In this document: in pieces, positions 19,313-28,893 of the stretch
How the letters are laid out: every line of letters starts with the position of its first letter
Position numbering within the stretch: the first letter of the stretch is position 1
Source of the DNA: an uncultured Clostridia bacterium
GTDB taxonomy: Bacteria > Bacillota > Clostridia > Oscillospirales > Ruminococcaceae
DNA: 64,000 nt
Assembly: GCA_947631575.1 (NCBI GenBank)
Contig: CANRLW010000005.1
Location: forward strand, 4,264-68,263
Reading direction: 5' to 3'
Program-made: the position numbers and the translations under genes
Notes under the pieces: model-generated
The model's database searches: none
The model's input: the letters and a program-made list of their open reading frames with translations, nothing else
What the model was told of the DNA's origin: nothing

Positions 19313-20461
19313 ATGGTAGTAGAACCAAAGGTCAGAGGCTTTATCTGCACAACGGCTCACCCCGTCGGCTGTGAAAAAGCCGTAAAAGAGCAGATAGACT
19401 ATGTAAAGTCAAAAGGTAAACTAAGCGGGGCTTGCGCTAAAAAAGTCCTTGTGTTGGGCTCGTCAATGGGATACGGGCTTGCGTCGAGGATATCCGCGGC
19501 GTTCGGAATGGGCGCGGCGACGCTCGGCGTTATGTTTGATAAGCCCGGCTCGGTAAACAAAACGGGTACTTCGGGCTGGTACAATACAAAGGCGTTTGAA
19601 AAATTTGCCGCCGAGGAGGGTCTTTATGCAAAGACGATAAACGGCGACGCTTATTCGGAAGAATGTAAAAAAGAAGTTATCGACACGATAAAATCCGACC
19701 TCGGAAAGGTGGATATGGTGGTTTATTCGCTCGCCGCTCCGAGGAGAACGGTAGGCGACGTTGTTTACAAAAGCGTTCTTAAAACAACGGGCGCGCCTTA
19801 TACAAACAAGACAATTGACCTAAGAAACAACACCGTTTCAGAAATAACAATTGAACCCGCTAATGCCGAGGAAATCGAGGCTACCGTTAAAGTTATGGGC
19901 GGCGAGGACTGGGAGATGTGGATAGAGGCGCTGAAAAAAGCTGACGCAATCGAAGAAAACGCCGTAACTATCGCTTATTCCTATATCGGTCCGGAAATAA
20001 CTCACCCGATGTATTATGAGGGCAGCATAGGCAGAGCGAAAGCCGACCTTCTTGAAAGCTCCCGTAAGATCACAAAGGGCGGTATACGCGCGTATATTTC
20101 GGTGAACAAGGCGCTCGTTACGCAGTCGAGCGCGGCTATTCCGATAGTTCCGCTTTACATTTCGATTTTGTACAAGGTCATGAAAGAACACGGAACGCAC
20201 GAGGGCTGTATTGAACAAATGCAGAGGCTTTTTAGGAGGATATCCGAAAATGACCTTAATCTTGACAGTGAGGGCAGGATAAGAATGGACGACCTCGAAA
20301 TGAAACCCGAAATTCAAGCCAAAGTAAGCGAGATATGGGAAAAACTTAACCAGGATAATTTCAAGGAATTTACCGACATAGACGGCTATTGGAAGGATTT
20401 TTACGCTCTGTTCGGGTTTGGGATCGACGGGGTGGACTATTCTGCTGATGTTGAGGTTTAA
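19313..20461 (+). CDS. fabV: Enoyl-ACP / trans-2-enoyl-CoA reductase FabV
   Basis: IC(T)TAHPVGC, VLGSSMGYGLASRI, YSLAAPRR, YYEGSIGRAK, KALVTQSSAAIP. Confidence 0.93.
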   Translation: MVVEPKVRGFICTTAHPVGCEKAVKEQIDYVKSKGKLSGACAKKVLVLGSSMGYGLASRISAAFGMGAATLGVMFDKPGSVNKTGTSGWYNTKAFEKFAAEEGLYAKTINGDAYSEECKKEVIDTIKSDLGKVDMVVYSLAAPRRTVGDVVYKSVLKTTGAPYTNKTIDLRNNTVSEITIEPANAEEIEATVKVMGGEDWEMWIEALKKADAIEENAVTIAYSYIGPEITHPMYYEGSIGRAKADLLESSRKITKGGIRAYISVNKALVTQSSAAIPIVPLYISILYKVMKEHGTHEGCIEQMQRLFRRISENDLNLDSEGRIRMDDLEMKPEIQAKVSEIWEKLNQDNFKEFTDIDGYWKDFYALFGFGIDGVDYSADVEV

Positions 20462-20511
20462 TGCGTGGTTTACGCATATGAAAAATTAACAAAATAAAGG
20501 AGATCATAAAA

Positions 20512-21117
20512 ATGTACGTTACTTGTCTTGACCTTGAAGGAGTTCTTGTACCGGAAATATGGATAGCGTTTTCAGAGGAATCGGGCATACCCGAACTTCG
20601 CCGCACAACGCGCGATGAGCCGGACTATGACAAGCTCATGAAATTCCGCATAAACATTCTCAAAGAACACGGGCTGGGGCTTAAAGAAATTCAGCAGACC
20701 ATAGAAAAGATAGAGCCTATGGAAGGCGCAAAAGCGTTTTTGGACGAGCTGCGCGAGTTGTCGCAGGTAATTATTATAAGCGACACGTTCACACAGTTTG
20801 CCGCGCCGCTTATGAAAAAGCTGGGGCTGCCAACTATTTTCTGCAACACGCTGGAAGTTGCCGAAAGCGGAGAGATAACGGGCTATAAGATGCGCGTTGA
20901 AAAGTCTAAGCTTACGACGGTAAAGGCACTTCAGTCCATAGGATTTGAAACTATAGCCGGCGGCGACAGCTTTAACGATCTTGGTATGATAAACGCATCC
21001 AAATTCGGATTTTTGTTCCGCTCTACGGAGCAGATAAAGAAGGACAATCCGAATCTTCCGGCGTTTGAGGATTATGGAGAATTGCTGGAGTACTTAAAAG
21101 AGTGTTTGGAAAAATAA
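20512..21117 (+). CDS. thrH: Phosphoserine phosphatase / homoserine phosphotransferase
   Basis: CLDLEGVLVPEIWI, RTTRDEPDYDKLM, SDTF, GDSFND HAD motifs. Confidence 0.92.
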   Translation: MYVTCLDLEGVLVPEIWIAFSEESGIPELRRTTRDEPDYDKLMKFRINILKEHGLGLKEIQQTIEKIEPMEGAKAFLDELRELSQVIIISDTFTQFAAPLMKKLGLPTIFCNTLEVAESGEITGYKMRVEKSKLTTVKALQSIGFETIAGGDSFNDLGMINASKFGFLFRSTEQIKKDNPNLPAFEDYGELLEYLKECLEK

Positions 21118-21132
21118 AAGCGGCTGGAAACT

Positions 21133-21504
21133 GTTTTGAGCGGCAAACAACGTTTAATATTCAAATCACCTGACGGGCGGCGGCACGAAAGTTTTTTGAA
21201 AAGGGAGTCCAGAGGGGAAAATTTTTTTCAAAAAATTTTTCCCCTCTGGCAGGGGCGCGGGGACGGAGTCCCCGCAATCCGCAAATTAGCGCATCAGATT
21301 AAATGCCTACGGCATTGAATCTGGGGATGTGGGGAAAACAAGAGTTTTCCCCACATTTCCGTTTTTAAAAACCGTGTTTTTAAAAACGGAAATCTTATAG
21401 AGATGTTCTGAGCGTAAAACCACCTCGGAATTGCATTTACTTTTGAGCGTGAAAGCAAATGTTCTTATGACAAAAAGAGGTAAGGACTTAAATCCTTACC
21501 TCTT
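21133..21504 (+). repeat. Long multi-hairpin repeat (about 350 bp), copy 1
   Basis: Module A plus GGGGAAAACAAGAGTTTTCCCC and TTCCGTTTTTAAAAAC-CGT-GTTTTTAAAAACGGAA hairpins; homologous to the reverse complement of 22620-22950. Confidence 0.85.
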
Positions 21505-21515
21505 ATTATTACATC

Positions 21516-22453
21516 TTAATTTGTTCTGTCAACTTCAAGAAACTCTTCGAGACAAAGTCCGCTGTCATGTACAAGCTTTGCGGTGCTCTTGCCGAGGTAT
21601 CTGATATGCCACGGCTCGTAAACATAGCCCGTTATGTCTACCTTATCGGCGGGATAGCGTATGATACAGCCGTATTTATAGCAGTTAGCCGCGAGCCATT
21701 TCCCTTCTTCCGTGTCGGCATAGTCAAGTTCTGTTTTAGTTATATCCGCCGCATAGCCCGTCTGGTGTTCGCTATGTCCGGAGCGCGCGGAATAAGTTAT
21801 GGCGTTTTCATAACCGTCCGTCTCGCAATAATAGTTGAACCACCATTCCTGCGTCGCGTAGCTCCTGTATCCCGAAGAAGGTCTTAGCGTCATTCCAAAG
21901 CCCGTGTCCGCGCGCATCTGTTCAATGGCTTGCCTGAGTTCGGGTCTAATATCGCCGATGTCCGTTCCGAATTCGCGAGGGAGACTGTATTCCTTGTTAA
22001 CGAGGAGTATGCCGCCCACATAAGTAACGCCGTCTATTTCTACAGGCTCGGGCGCGTCGATCTTTGCCGTTACGGTGCCTTTGCAGTCTATGTCGTCAAA
22101 CGAATTTACAACATGTATAATTCCCGAACCGCTTATTGTCGCGTCCTCTTCAATAATCAACTTTCCCTCTACATAAAGATCTCCCGAAAGGTCAAGATCG
22201 CCGCCGAGCGTCAGAGTGCCGCCTTTTTCTATTCTTATTTCGTTGCCCTCTTTGCAGGTGATATTATCGTTTATCACAAGAGGCTTGTCCGCCGACACCG
22301 TTATATTTTCGTCTTTCGAGGTAAGTCCTGAGCATGTATAGCTTGTGTTATTTTCCATCAGTCCGCCGTTTGTGCAAAGGCACGTTTTCGCTGTACCCCC
22401 CCCCCCGCAAGTATCATCACAGCCGCGCCTATCATTGCCATGCTTTTTTTCAT
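21516..22453 (-). pseudogene. VanY/M15B-family D-Ala-D-Ala carboxypeptidase; leader peptide out of frame across a G11 tract (catalytic ORF 21516-22358 intact)
   Basis: SGYRSY, SEHQTG, EPWHIRYLG motifs; upstream ATG 22453 with AGGAG RBS is 95 nt from the ORF-track ATG; C11 at 22396-22406. Confidence 0.7.
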
Positions 22454-22619
22454 TTTTTCTCCTATTCTGCTATATATTTTCCCACTGTGAACACACCTTG
22501 TGTTCTCAAGTATAATTATAGAACGTTTAAATATAATGTTTATTAATTTTTTCTTACGATTTGCTTGCGATATGCTTGCGATTTGCTTACAATTTTACGG
22601 CTTTAAAAAAATCAGTTTG

Positions 22620-23058
22620 TTCTTTTGGGTCATGACCAAATACGCGCAACGAACTTTGTTTACTTATCTCTGTTAAGACAACTCAGCAATCATTCATTTC
22701 CGCTCTAAGACAAATGCGTTTCTAAGGTGGTTGCCCGCTCAACACCTCTTTTAAGATTGCCGTTTCAAAGCACGGCTTTGAAACGGCAATGCGGGGAAAA
22801 CTCTTGTTTTCCCCGCACCCCGGGTTCAATGCCGCAGGCATTTAACCTGATGCGCTATGCTAACGCGTTATTGAGGGAAAACTTTTTTGAAAAAAGTTTT
22901 CCCTCAAACTCCCTTTCAAAAAACTTTCATACCGCGCCTTGCGGCGCGGTCGAATAGTCAGAACGTTGTTCGGCTATCGTCTGCCGTGCAAGCAGCGAAA
23001 AATAAAAGTTTCCGGAAATGATAAAGGGGAAAACCTTTTTCAAAAGGTTTTCCCCTTG
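22620..23058 (-). repeat. Long multi-hairpin repeat copy 2 (inverted) plus an extra module A hairpin
   Basis: Reverse complement shares ...AGCGCATCAG(A/G)TTAAATGCCT(A/G)CGGCATTGAA...GGGGAAAACAAGAGTTTTCCCC... with 21288-21350; further module A at 23004-23058. Confidence 0.85.
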
Positions 23059-23063
23059 TGTGT

Positions 23064-24932
23064 TCATATTACGCGACCGCCGCCGGGTCCTCCGGGATTT
23101 CCACCGTGACCGCCGGGGTTGCCGCCCATTCCACCGGGATTACCTCCCATGCCGCCGTTGCCGGAAACTCCGTTCTGTGCGGTAACTGTGGAAACAGACG
23201 TATCATCTACATAAATGTTATATGTGCTGCCCTCTTTGAAATTAAAGCTTGAGAATATAAGCGACTGGCAGTTTTTAGGAGTGGTCGTGCTCATAACTAC
23301 CGTGCCGTCCTCGCTCTTTACTTCTATCTTACTTCCCGCCGAAACATTCGATGTTATCGAAATGCACGGCTGTGAAAGCGTGCTCGGAGCTTGCGCCATT
23401 CCCGAAGAGCCGAGCGCGATAAGCTCGCCGCCGCTTACGGCAAATGATTTTCCGTAATCGAGCGCGCCGTTTCCGCTGTTTGTAGGTCCGAATACTGTGA
23501 GCTTTCCTCCGCTCATTGCTATAGAGCCGTTGCAGTCAATACCGTCGCCGTCAGCGTTTACGGTTATATCGCCGCCCGATATTGAAATATAATACTCGTC
23601 CGAGTCACTTCCAAATCCGAAATAATCGCCGTTGTCGCCGCCCGCGGCATTCATTCCGTCGTCCGCTGCCAAAAGGTCTATAGTTCCTCCGTTTATGGAA
23701 ATGCTCTTGCCTTCAAAGCCCTCATAACTTTTTGTAATGTTTATCGTTCCGTTGTCTATTGTCAATATCTCGTCAGCGTGAATTGCGTCGTCACAGCTAG
23801 AAAGCGTTATCTGCCCGCCCGCAATATTTACATTGGCATTTGAATGAATAGCGTCGTCGGCAGACGTTATGTCAACAACAGTGTCCTTATTGTAAATTCT
23901 TATATCGCCGCCCGCTTTAAGACCTTTTAGGCTCTGGGAAGTTTCGGTAGTTGTGTCCTGACCTGCGCTGCGTCCGCCCCAGTCGCCGCCGAACGGTCTG
24001 CCGCCGGGACCCTGACCGTTGTCGGGGGCAACTTCTTCATAAGCCGCGTCGCCGCCCGAAACTATCTTTATATTGCCGCCAAAGACAGAAAGCTTTGTTT
24101 CTGCCTGTATTCCGTCATGGTCGGAGTTTATCGTTATATCGCCGCCGTTTATGGTCACGGTGCCAAGCGAGGGGTCGTTGTCCTGGGAGGACTTTATTCC
24201 GTCTTTACCCGCGTTTACCGTAATGTTTCCGTCAAAGATCTTCAGGCTGTCTTTTCCCGTTATGCCGTCGGAAACGGAAGTCACATCATAGCTGCCGCCG
24301 ATTATCTGCAAATTGTCCTTGCATTTTATCGCGTCATTATAATTTCCGTTTACAGCAAGCTCGCCGCCGCCCGAAAGAACAAGGTCGCTGCGGCAGAATA
24401 TAGCCGCGTCCGGCTCGGTCTCGTTTGCGGCAAGGGTATAATTTTCACTGTCGGAAACGGAGTTTTCGGAATCCTTTGCCGTGCATATGATAAGTTCTCC
24501 CGCCTCTTCACAGTCGATAACCGCGCCCTTCTTATACGAAAGAGAAACTCCGTCTAATATCAAGGTCACTTTGTCCGCCTTGTCAGCCTCTATAAGCACT
24601 CTTGCGTTTTCGCTCGCGCCCGACAGGGAGAAAACTCCTCCGTTATTTATAGTTACGGTATCAGCCGATGCAAACGCGCCGTTTCCCGAAACATTTATTC
24701 CGCTGTCTGAAAAACTTATTGTACAAGTAGCCGTTTCGGACAATACATCATCATTCGATATTGTCGGTTTTTCCGTTTCAAAATTAACCTCTCCCGCCGA
24801 GCTTATGCTTGAAGAAAACTGCGGACCCGCTGAGCTTTCATTCGAGCTCTGCGTTTCGGATTTATCACAGCCCGTACAAGCAAGTACAGCCATTGCACAA
24901 ATTGCCGCAACAGATTTAAAGTTTCTTATCAT
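23064..24932 (-). CDS. Lipoprotein with Cthe_2159-type carbohydrate-binding beta-helix domain
   Basis: Lipobox CTGC; repeated DAI/DGI-x-S/A, ITINGG(D)I(T)I, EGFEG, GNGALDYG; Gly/Pro-rich tail. Confidence 0.8.
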   Translation of the reverse strand: MIRNFKSVAAICAMAVLACTGCDKSETQSSNESSAGPQFSSSISSAGEVNFETEKPTISNDDVLSETATCTISFSDSGINVSGNGAFASADTVTINNGGVFSLSGASENARVLIEADKADKVTLILDGVSLSYKKGAVIDCEEAGELIICTAKDSENSVSDSENYTLAANETEPDAAIFCRSDLVLSGGGELAVNGNYNDAIKCKDNLQIIGGSYDVTSVSDGITGKDSLKIFDGNITVNAGKDGIKSSQDNDPSLGTVTINGGDITINSDHDGIQAETKLSVFGGNIKIVSGGDAAYEEVAPDNGQGPGGRPFGGDWGGRSAGQDTTTETSQSLKGLKAGGDIRIYNKDTVVDITSADDAIHSNANVNIAGGQITLSSCDDAIHADEILTIDNGTINITKSYEGFEGKSISINGGTIDLLAADDGMNAAGGDNGDYFGFGSDSDEYYISISGGDITVNADGDGIDCNGSIAMSGGKLTVFGPTNSGNGALDYGKSFAVSGGELIALGSSGMAQAPSTLSQPCISITSNVSAGSKIEVKSEDGTVVMSTTTPKNCQSLIFSSFNFKEGSTYNIYVDDTSVSTVTAQNGVSGNGGMGGNPGGMGGNPGGHGGNPGGPGGGRVI

Positions 24933-24953
24933 AATATGACTCCCCTTTAAAAA

Positions 24954-25691
24954 TCACATTTCCTCATGATTCTCGGCTAAGACGCTGCATGAAACAGTAA
25001 GATTTCCGTTTCTTTCACGGATCTTATCCAGAAATTCCTTTTCCTTTGCGCTGTTTTTCAATACAACTTCATACCGCAGCTCATAAAGCGTGCCCATATT
25101 TACTGTTTTAGACAGTATCAGTTTATAGCTCGAAAGATATTCCTTGAACAGATCGCTGAAACAATCTGTATAGTCCATATCTTCGGGAATGACTATGCGT
25201 ATTGACTTTGCCGACTTTGTAACGGAAAATGCGGGAATAAATCCGAGGACTACGAGTATTAACCCGACCGCAGCTCCTATCAATATTGCAAAGCCTATGT
25301 AACCCATGCCCGTGGCAAGACCTATCGCCATTGAGTAAAACACATAACAAATTTCTCTTGATGTTCCGGGTGCGGAACGAAATCTCACGAGATTGAAAGC
25401 GCCCACTACCGCAAGCCCCGCGCCGAGCGACCCGCTTACGAGCATTATCACACTCTGCACCAGCACGGGCAGTACCACGAGCGTTACCATTAAATTCCGC
25501 GACGGTTTGGGGTTATGCAGTCTGTACAATATCGACGCTATAACACCGAGAACCGTTGAGGTCAATGTACAGAACAGGACGCTATCTCCCGTAAGTCCGA
25601 CTGTATTGTCGATTATGCTCGAAAAGAAGTCGAACGGCTTTTGTACGTCTGCGGCGGCGCTGACAGCGCTGTTAATTATGCCTGAAAACAT
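24954..25691 (-). CDS. DUF4956 family membrane protein
   Basis: LGAGLAVVGAFNLVRFRSAPG, MAIGLATGMG, LYELRYEV, RNGNLTV. Confidence 0.88.
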   Translation of the reverse strand: MFSGIINSAVSAAADVQKPFDFFSSIIDNTVGLTGDSVLFCTLTSTVLGVIASILYRLHNPKPSRNLMVTLVVLPVLVQSVIMLVSGSLGAGLAVVGAFNLVRFRSAPGTSREICYVFYSMAIGLATGMGYIGFAILIGAAVGLILVVLGFIPAFSVTKSAKSIRIVIPEDMDYTDCFSDLFKEYLSSYKLILSKTVNMGTLYELRYEVVLKNSAKEKEFLDKIRERNGNLTVSCSVLAENHEEM

Positions 25692-26416
25692 TGTGTTTCT
25701 CTCCTGTTCTGTATATTATTCTTTACTTCATCAAGATAAATATTTCCGTATTTTGAAAAACTGTCTGCATATATCCTGTTTTCCGAAAGGAATTTAACGA
25801 GCCAAAGCGGTATCGCGTCGGAAACTTTTATTTCCATGACCCTGTACGGCTGACCGAACAAAAGCTCTCCATAGTCGCCTTTTCTGAGGTCCACTTCGTT
25901 TCTTCTGCTCCTGACGTTTCCGTCAAACGTTATTCTGAATTCATTATCGTCATTTCCGAAATACGCCTGCCTGTCATAACAGATAACTATCTTCGGGACA
26001 AGCCCCAGCCGTTTTATGAAATACTCTATCTCCTCAAATACCTGTTTATCCTTTTCGGGAATATCCGGCACTTCGCCGCCGCTTACATAATCGAACAGCT
26101 TTTTGTATGTCATTTCAAGACGTCTTTTATAAACTATCCCTTTATATTTTTTCTTTATTTCAAGAAAAGCCTCGTCGTCGTCTTTGGCAGCTTTTCCGTA
26201 TGCCCTCAGCCTGAGCTTTTCTTTATACACTGGCTTTGAAAGAGAATTCATGATAACATCATCATTCGTGCTGTCGAAATAGATGTTCATTATCGTATGA
26301 ACGCCGTATTCATCGGCTGTCATATAAGGACTCATTTCTTTCAGGAGCATGTTGTACTGCTCTTCATCGAGAAGGAATTTCATTTCCTTCCGTTTGAAGG
26401 TATTTGCATAAGCCAT
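25676..26416 (-). CDS. VTC-domain (polyphosphate polymerase / CYTH-like) protein
   Basis: FKRKEMKFLL, NIYFD, KPVYKEKLRLRAYG, FLEIKKKYKGIVYKRR, RITFD, MEIKV, SFSKYG; start moved to 26416. Confidence 0.88.
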   Translation of the reverse strand: MAYANTFKRKEMKFLLDEEQYNMLLKEMSPYMTADEYGVHTIMNIYFDSTNDDVIMNSLSKPVYKEKLRLRAYGKAAKDDDEAFLEIKKKYKGIVYKRRLEMTYKKLFDYVSGGEVPDIPEKDKQVFEEIEYFIKRLGLVPKIVICYDRQAYFGNDDNEFRITFDGNVRSRRNEVDLRKGDYGELLFGQPYRVMEIKVSDAIPLWLVKFLSENRIYADSFSKYGNIYLDEVKNNIQNRRETQCFQA

Positions 26417-26497
26417 TCTGTTTCCCCCTTGCAACAATAGTATAAAAACTTTATGTGACAATATTATGATAAAAAAGAAAATACTATTTAAAAATTG

Positions 26498-27703
26498 TTA
26501 TTTCCCCGTGACTTTAAGGAATACTTTCTTTCCTTTTCTCACTATTATTTCCCCGTTTATTTCAATAACGGCGTTTGCGTCCTCTATAACATTATCGTTT
26601 ACGGCTATTCCCTTTCCCGCGACAAGATTTCTTGCCTCACGCTTTGAGGGAGCAAGCTTTGAATTTACAAGCAGGTCAAGAATTCCTATCTTTCCGTCAG
26701 TGAGTTCGACCTCGGCTGTCGGCATATTGTCGGTATTTCCCGCGCCGCCGAAAAGCGACTTTGCTCCGTCGAGAGCTTTCTTCGCCTCTTCTTCGCCGTG
26801 AACAAGCTTTGTCAGTTCAAATGCGAGAGTTTCCTTTGCCTTGTTGAGCTGTGAACCCTCCCATTTTTCCATTTCGTTTATTTCTTCGAGCGGCAGGAAC
26901 GTCAGCATTTTCAGGCACTTTATAACGTCCGCGTCCGCAACGTTTCTCCAGTACTGGAAGAAATCATAAGGCGAGGTCTTGTCTGCGTCGAGCCATACGG
27001 CGCCCTTTTCGGTCTTTCCCATTTTCTTGCCCTCGGAGTTTAACAGCAGGGTTATGGTCATTGCGTGGGCGTCTTTACCGAGTTTTTTGCGGATAAGCTC
27101 CGTTCCGCCCAGCATATTCGCCCACTGGTCGTCGCCGCCAAACTGCATATTGCAGCCGTATTTCTGATAGAGCATATAAAAGTCATAGCTCTGCATTATC
27201 ATATAGTTGAATTCAAGGAACGTAAGTCCTCTCTCCCAGCGCTGTTTATAGCACTCGAACGAGAGCATTTTATTGACCGAAAAGCAAGCTCCGACCTCTC
27301 TTAATACGTCAATATAATTCAAATTCATCAGCCAGTCGGCGTTGTTTACCATAAGCGCCTTATTGTCCGAAAAGTCAATAAACCTGCTCATCTGTTTTTT
27401 AAAGCAGGATATATTATGCTCGATATCTTCCTTTGTAAGCATTTTGCGCATATCGCTTTTTCCCGATGGGTCGCCTATCATTCCCGTGCCGCCGCCGAGC
27501 AGAGCAATGGGTTTGTTACCCGCCATTTGCAGGCGTTTCATAAGGCATAAAGCCATAAAATGCCCGACATGGAGCGAATCCGCCGTAGGGTCAAAGCCGA
27601 TGTAAAACGTCGCTTTTCCCGCGTTTATCATCTTGCTTATCTCGTCTTTGTCAGTTACCTGCGCGATAAGTCCGCGCGCCACAAGTTCATCATAAAGTTC
27701 CAT
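26498..27703 (-). CDS. tyrS: Tyrosine--tRNA ligase
   Basis: GFDPTADSLHVGH (HIGH), QSYDF, QFGGDDQW, KMGKT (KMSKS), C-terminal S4 domain. Confidence 0.96.
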   Translation of the reverse strand: MELYDELVARGLIAQVTDKDEISKMINAGKATFYIGFDPTADSLHVGHFMALCLMKRLQMAGNKPIALLGGGTGMIGDPSGKSDMRKMLTKEDIEHNISCFKKQMSRFIDFSDNKALMVNNADWLMNLNYIDVLREVGACFSVNKMLSFECYKQRWERGLTFLEFNYMIMQSYDFYMLYQKYGCNMQFGGDDQWANMLGGTELIRKKLGKDAHAMTITLLLNSEGKKMGKTEKGAVWLDADKTSPYDFFQYWRNVADADVIKCLKMLTFLPLEEINEMEKWEGSQLNKAKETLAFELTKLVHGEEEAKKALDGAKSLFGGAGNTDNMPTAEVELTDGKIGILDLLVNSKLAPSKREARNLVAGKGIAVNDNVIEDANAVIEINGEIIVRKGKKVFLKVTGK

Positions 27704-27763
27704 TTTTATTTCCTCCCAAATTTCAAACCGCGTTGTTCTTAACACGAAAAATTGTTGAATATT

Positions 27764-28225
27764 TTAAAGCCGAAGTTCCATTTGTATCGTCCTCGGCGAA
27801 AGTCCCTGTTTTTCATAAAAAGCGACCGCGCCGCGATTACACGCCGAAACTCCGAGCTGAACGCTTGTACAGCCGTTTTCAATTCCGAATTTTTTTACGG
27901 CGCTGAAAAGCTCTGTGCCTATCCCTTTTCTTCGGCAGTTTTCAACTACCGCAAAGCAGTCGATATAGCAAACTTTCCTCGAAAATTTATCCTCGCTGTT
28001 TATGTCCATGATTTTCACGACCGTGTAACCGTCAATACCGCCGCCGTTATCGTGAACGAAAACTTTAAGCTCGCCGTCGTCGAGAATTTCCGAAATGCGC
28101 CGCGAAAACCATTCTCTTTCGGGCATTCTGAACGTTTCGGGCTTTATCTCAATGTGATGTCTGTGAAGTTGTATAAACATTTTTATAAGTTCTTCGCGGT
28201 CGCAATTATTTGCAATTCTTATCAT
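27764..28225 (-). CDS. GNAT family N-acetyltransferase
   Basis: CFAVVENCRRKGIGTEL acetyl-CoA motif A, NRGAVAFYEKQG. Confidence 0.88.
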   Translation of the reverse strand: MIRIANNCDREELIKMFIQLHRHHIEIKPETFRMPEREWFSRRISEILDDGELKVFVHDNGGGIDGYTVVKIMDINSEDKFSRKVCYIDCFAVVENCRRKGIGTELFSAVKKFGIENGCTSVQLGVSACNRGAVAFYEKQGLSPRTIQMELRL

Positions 28226-28319
28226 AAATCCTCCTTTAATTCTTTAATTATTAAAGCGAGAATTTTTCATAGCCTGCGAGATAATTACATCTCACGTTTA
28301 ACACCCTCTTACCTTCTCT

Positions 28320-28565
28320 CAATAAAAAAGCCCTCTATGAATTTTTATCATAGAGGGCGAATTATCGCGGTACCACCTCAGTTTACGGCGAATAAACGCC
28401 GCCTTTAAAAGCTGTAACGGGCTTTCCCGTGCCTGCTATTAAGAACACAAGTTCCGTTCGCAAAGCCGCTCCGAGATGTAATTCATTTGCGGTATTCTGC
28501 CGCTTTCCACCAAACAGCGGCTCTCTGAAAGAACGCTCCGCAAACTACTTTGTTCTCATCAACGC
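28320..28565 (-). promoter_or_regulatory. Tyr T-box riboswitch
   Basis: T-box GAGGTGGTACCGCG (28366-28379), terminator GCCCTCTATGA...TCATAGAGGGC-TTTTTT, AGAGA and GGTG stem-I motifs, specifier UAC in GAATTACATC; promoter TTGACA-17-TAAAAT at about 28581-28609. Confidence 0.9.
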
Positions 28566-28631
28566 TTTAAAAAACATAATTTATTTTAACACAAACGTCG
28601 CATTTTGTCAAGGGGTTTGTTGAAAATTTAC

Positions 28632-28860
28632 GTTTACTCGCCCCAACCCCCTGCCCCCTTCCCCGAAGGGGAAGGGGGAGAGTGCGGGGCGCCGGCGCGC
28701 CCCTGCACCCCGCCTTTCGGCAGTTGACAGGATACAAGGTACTATAATCTGAAAAAGCAACTTTGATAGGTGTAAAAGAACCTTTTTGCCATCAGCCATA
28801 ATAGAAAGTTTTTGAAAAGGGTTCAAGGGGAAAACTTTTTTCAAAAAGTTTTCCCCTTGC
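28632..28860. repeat. Composite repeat locus (module B, short module D, module A)
   Basis: CCCCCTTCCCC-GAA-GGGGAAGGGGG and CAAGGGGAAAACTTTTTTCAAAAAGTTTTCCCCTTG. Confidence 0.85.
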
Positions 28861-28893
28861 TAAATCCACGCTTAGGCGTACTTAGTTCGCCTG

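Noticed and set aside
23075-23145. 21-bp repeats at the end of the Cthe_2159-like gene
   Set aside because: Simply encode a Gly/Pro-rich GGMGGNP tail; ordinary low complexity.
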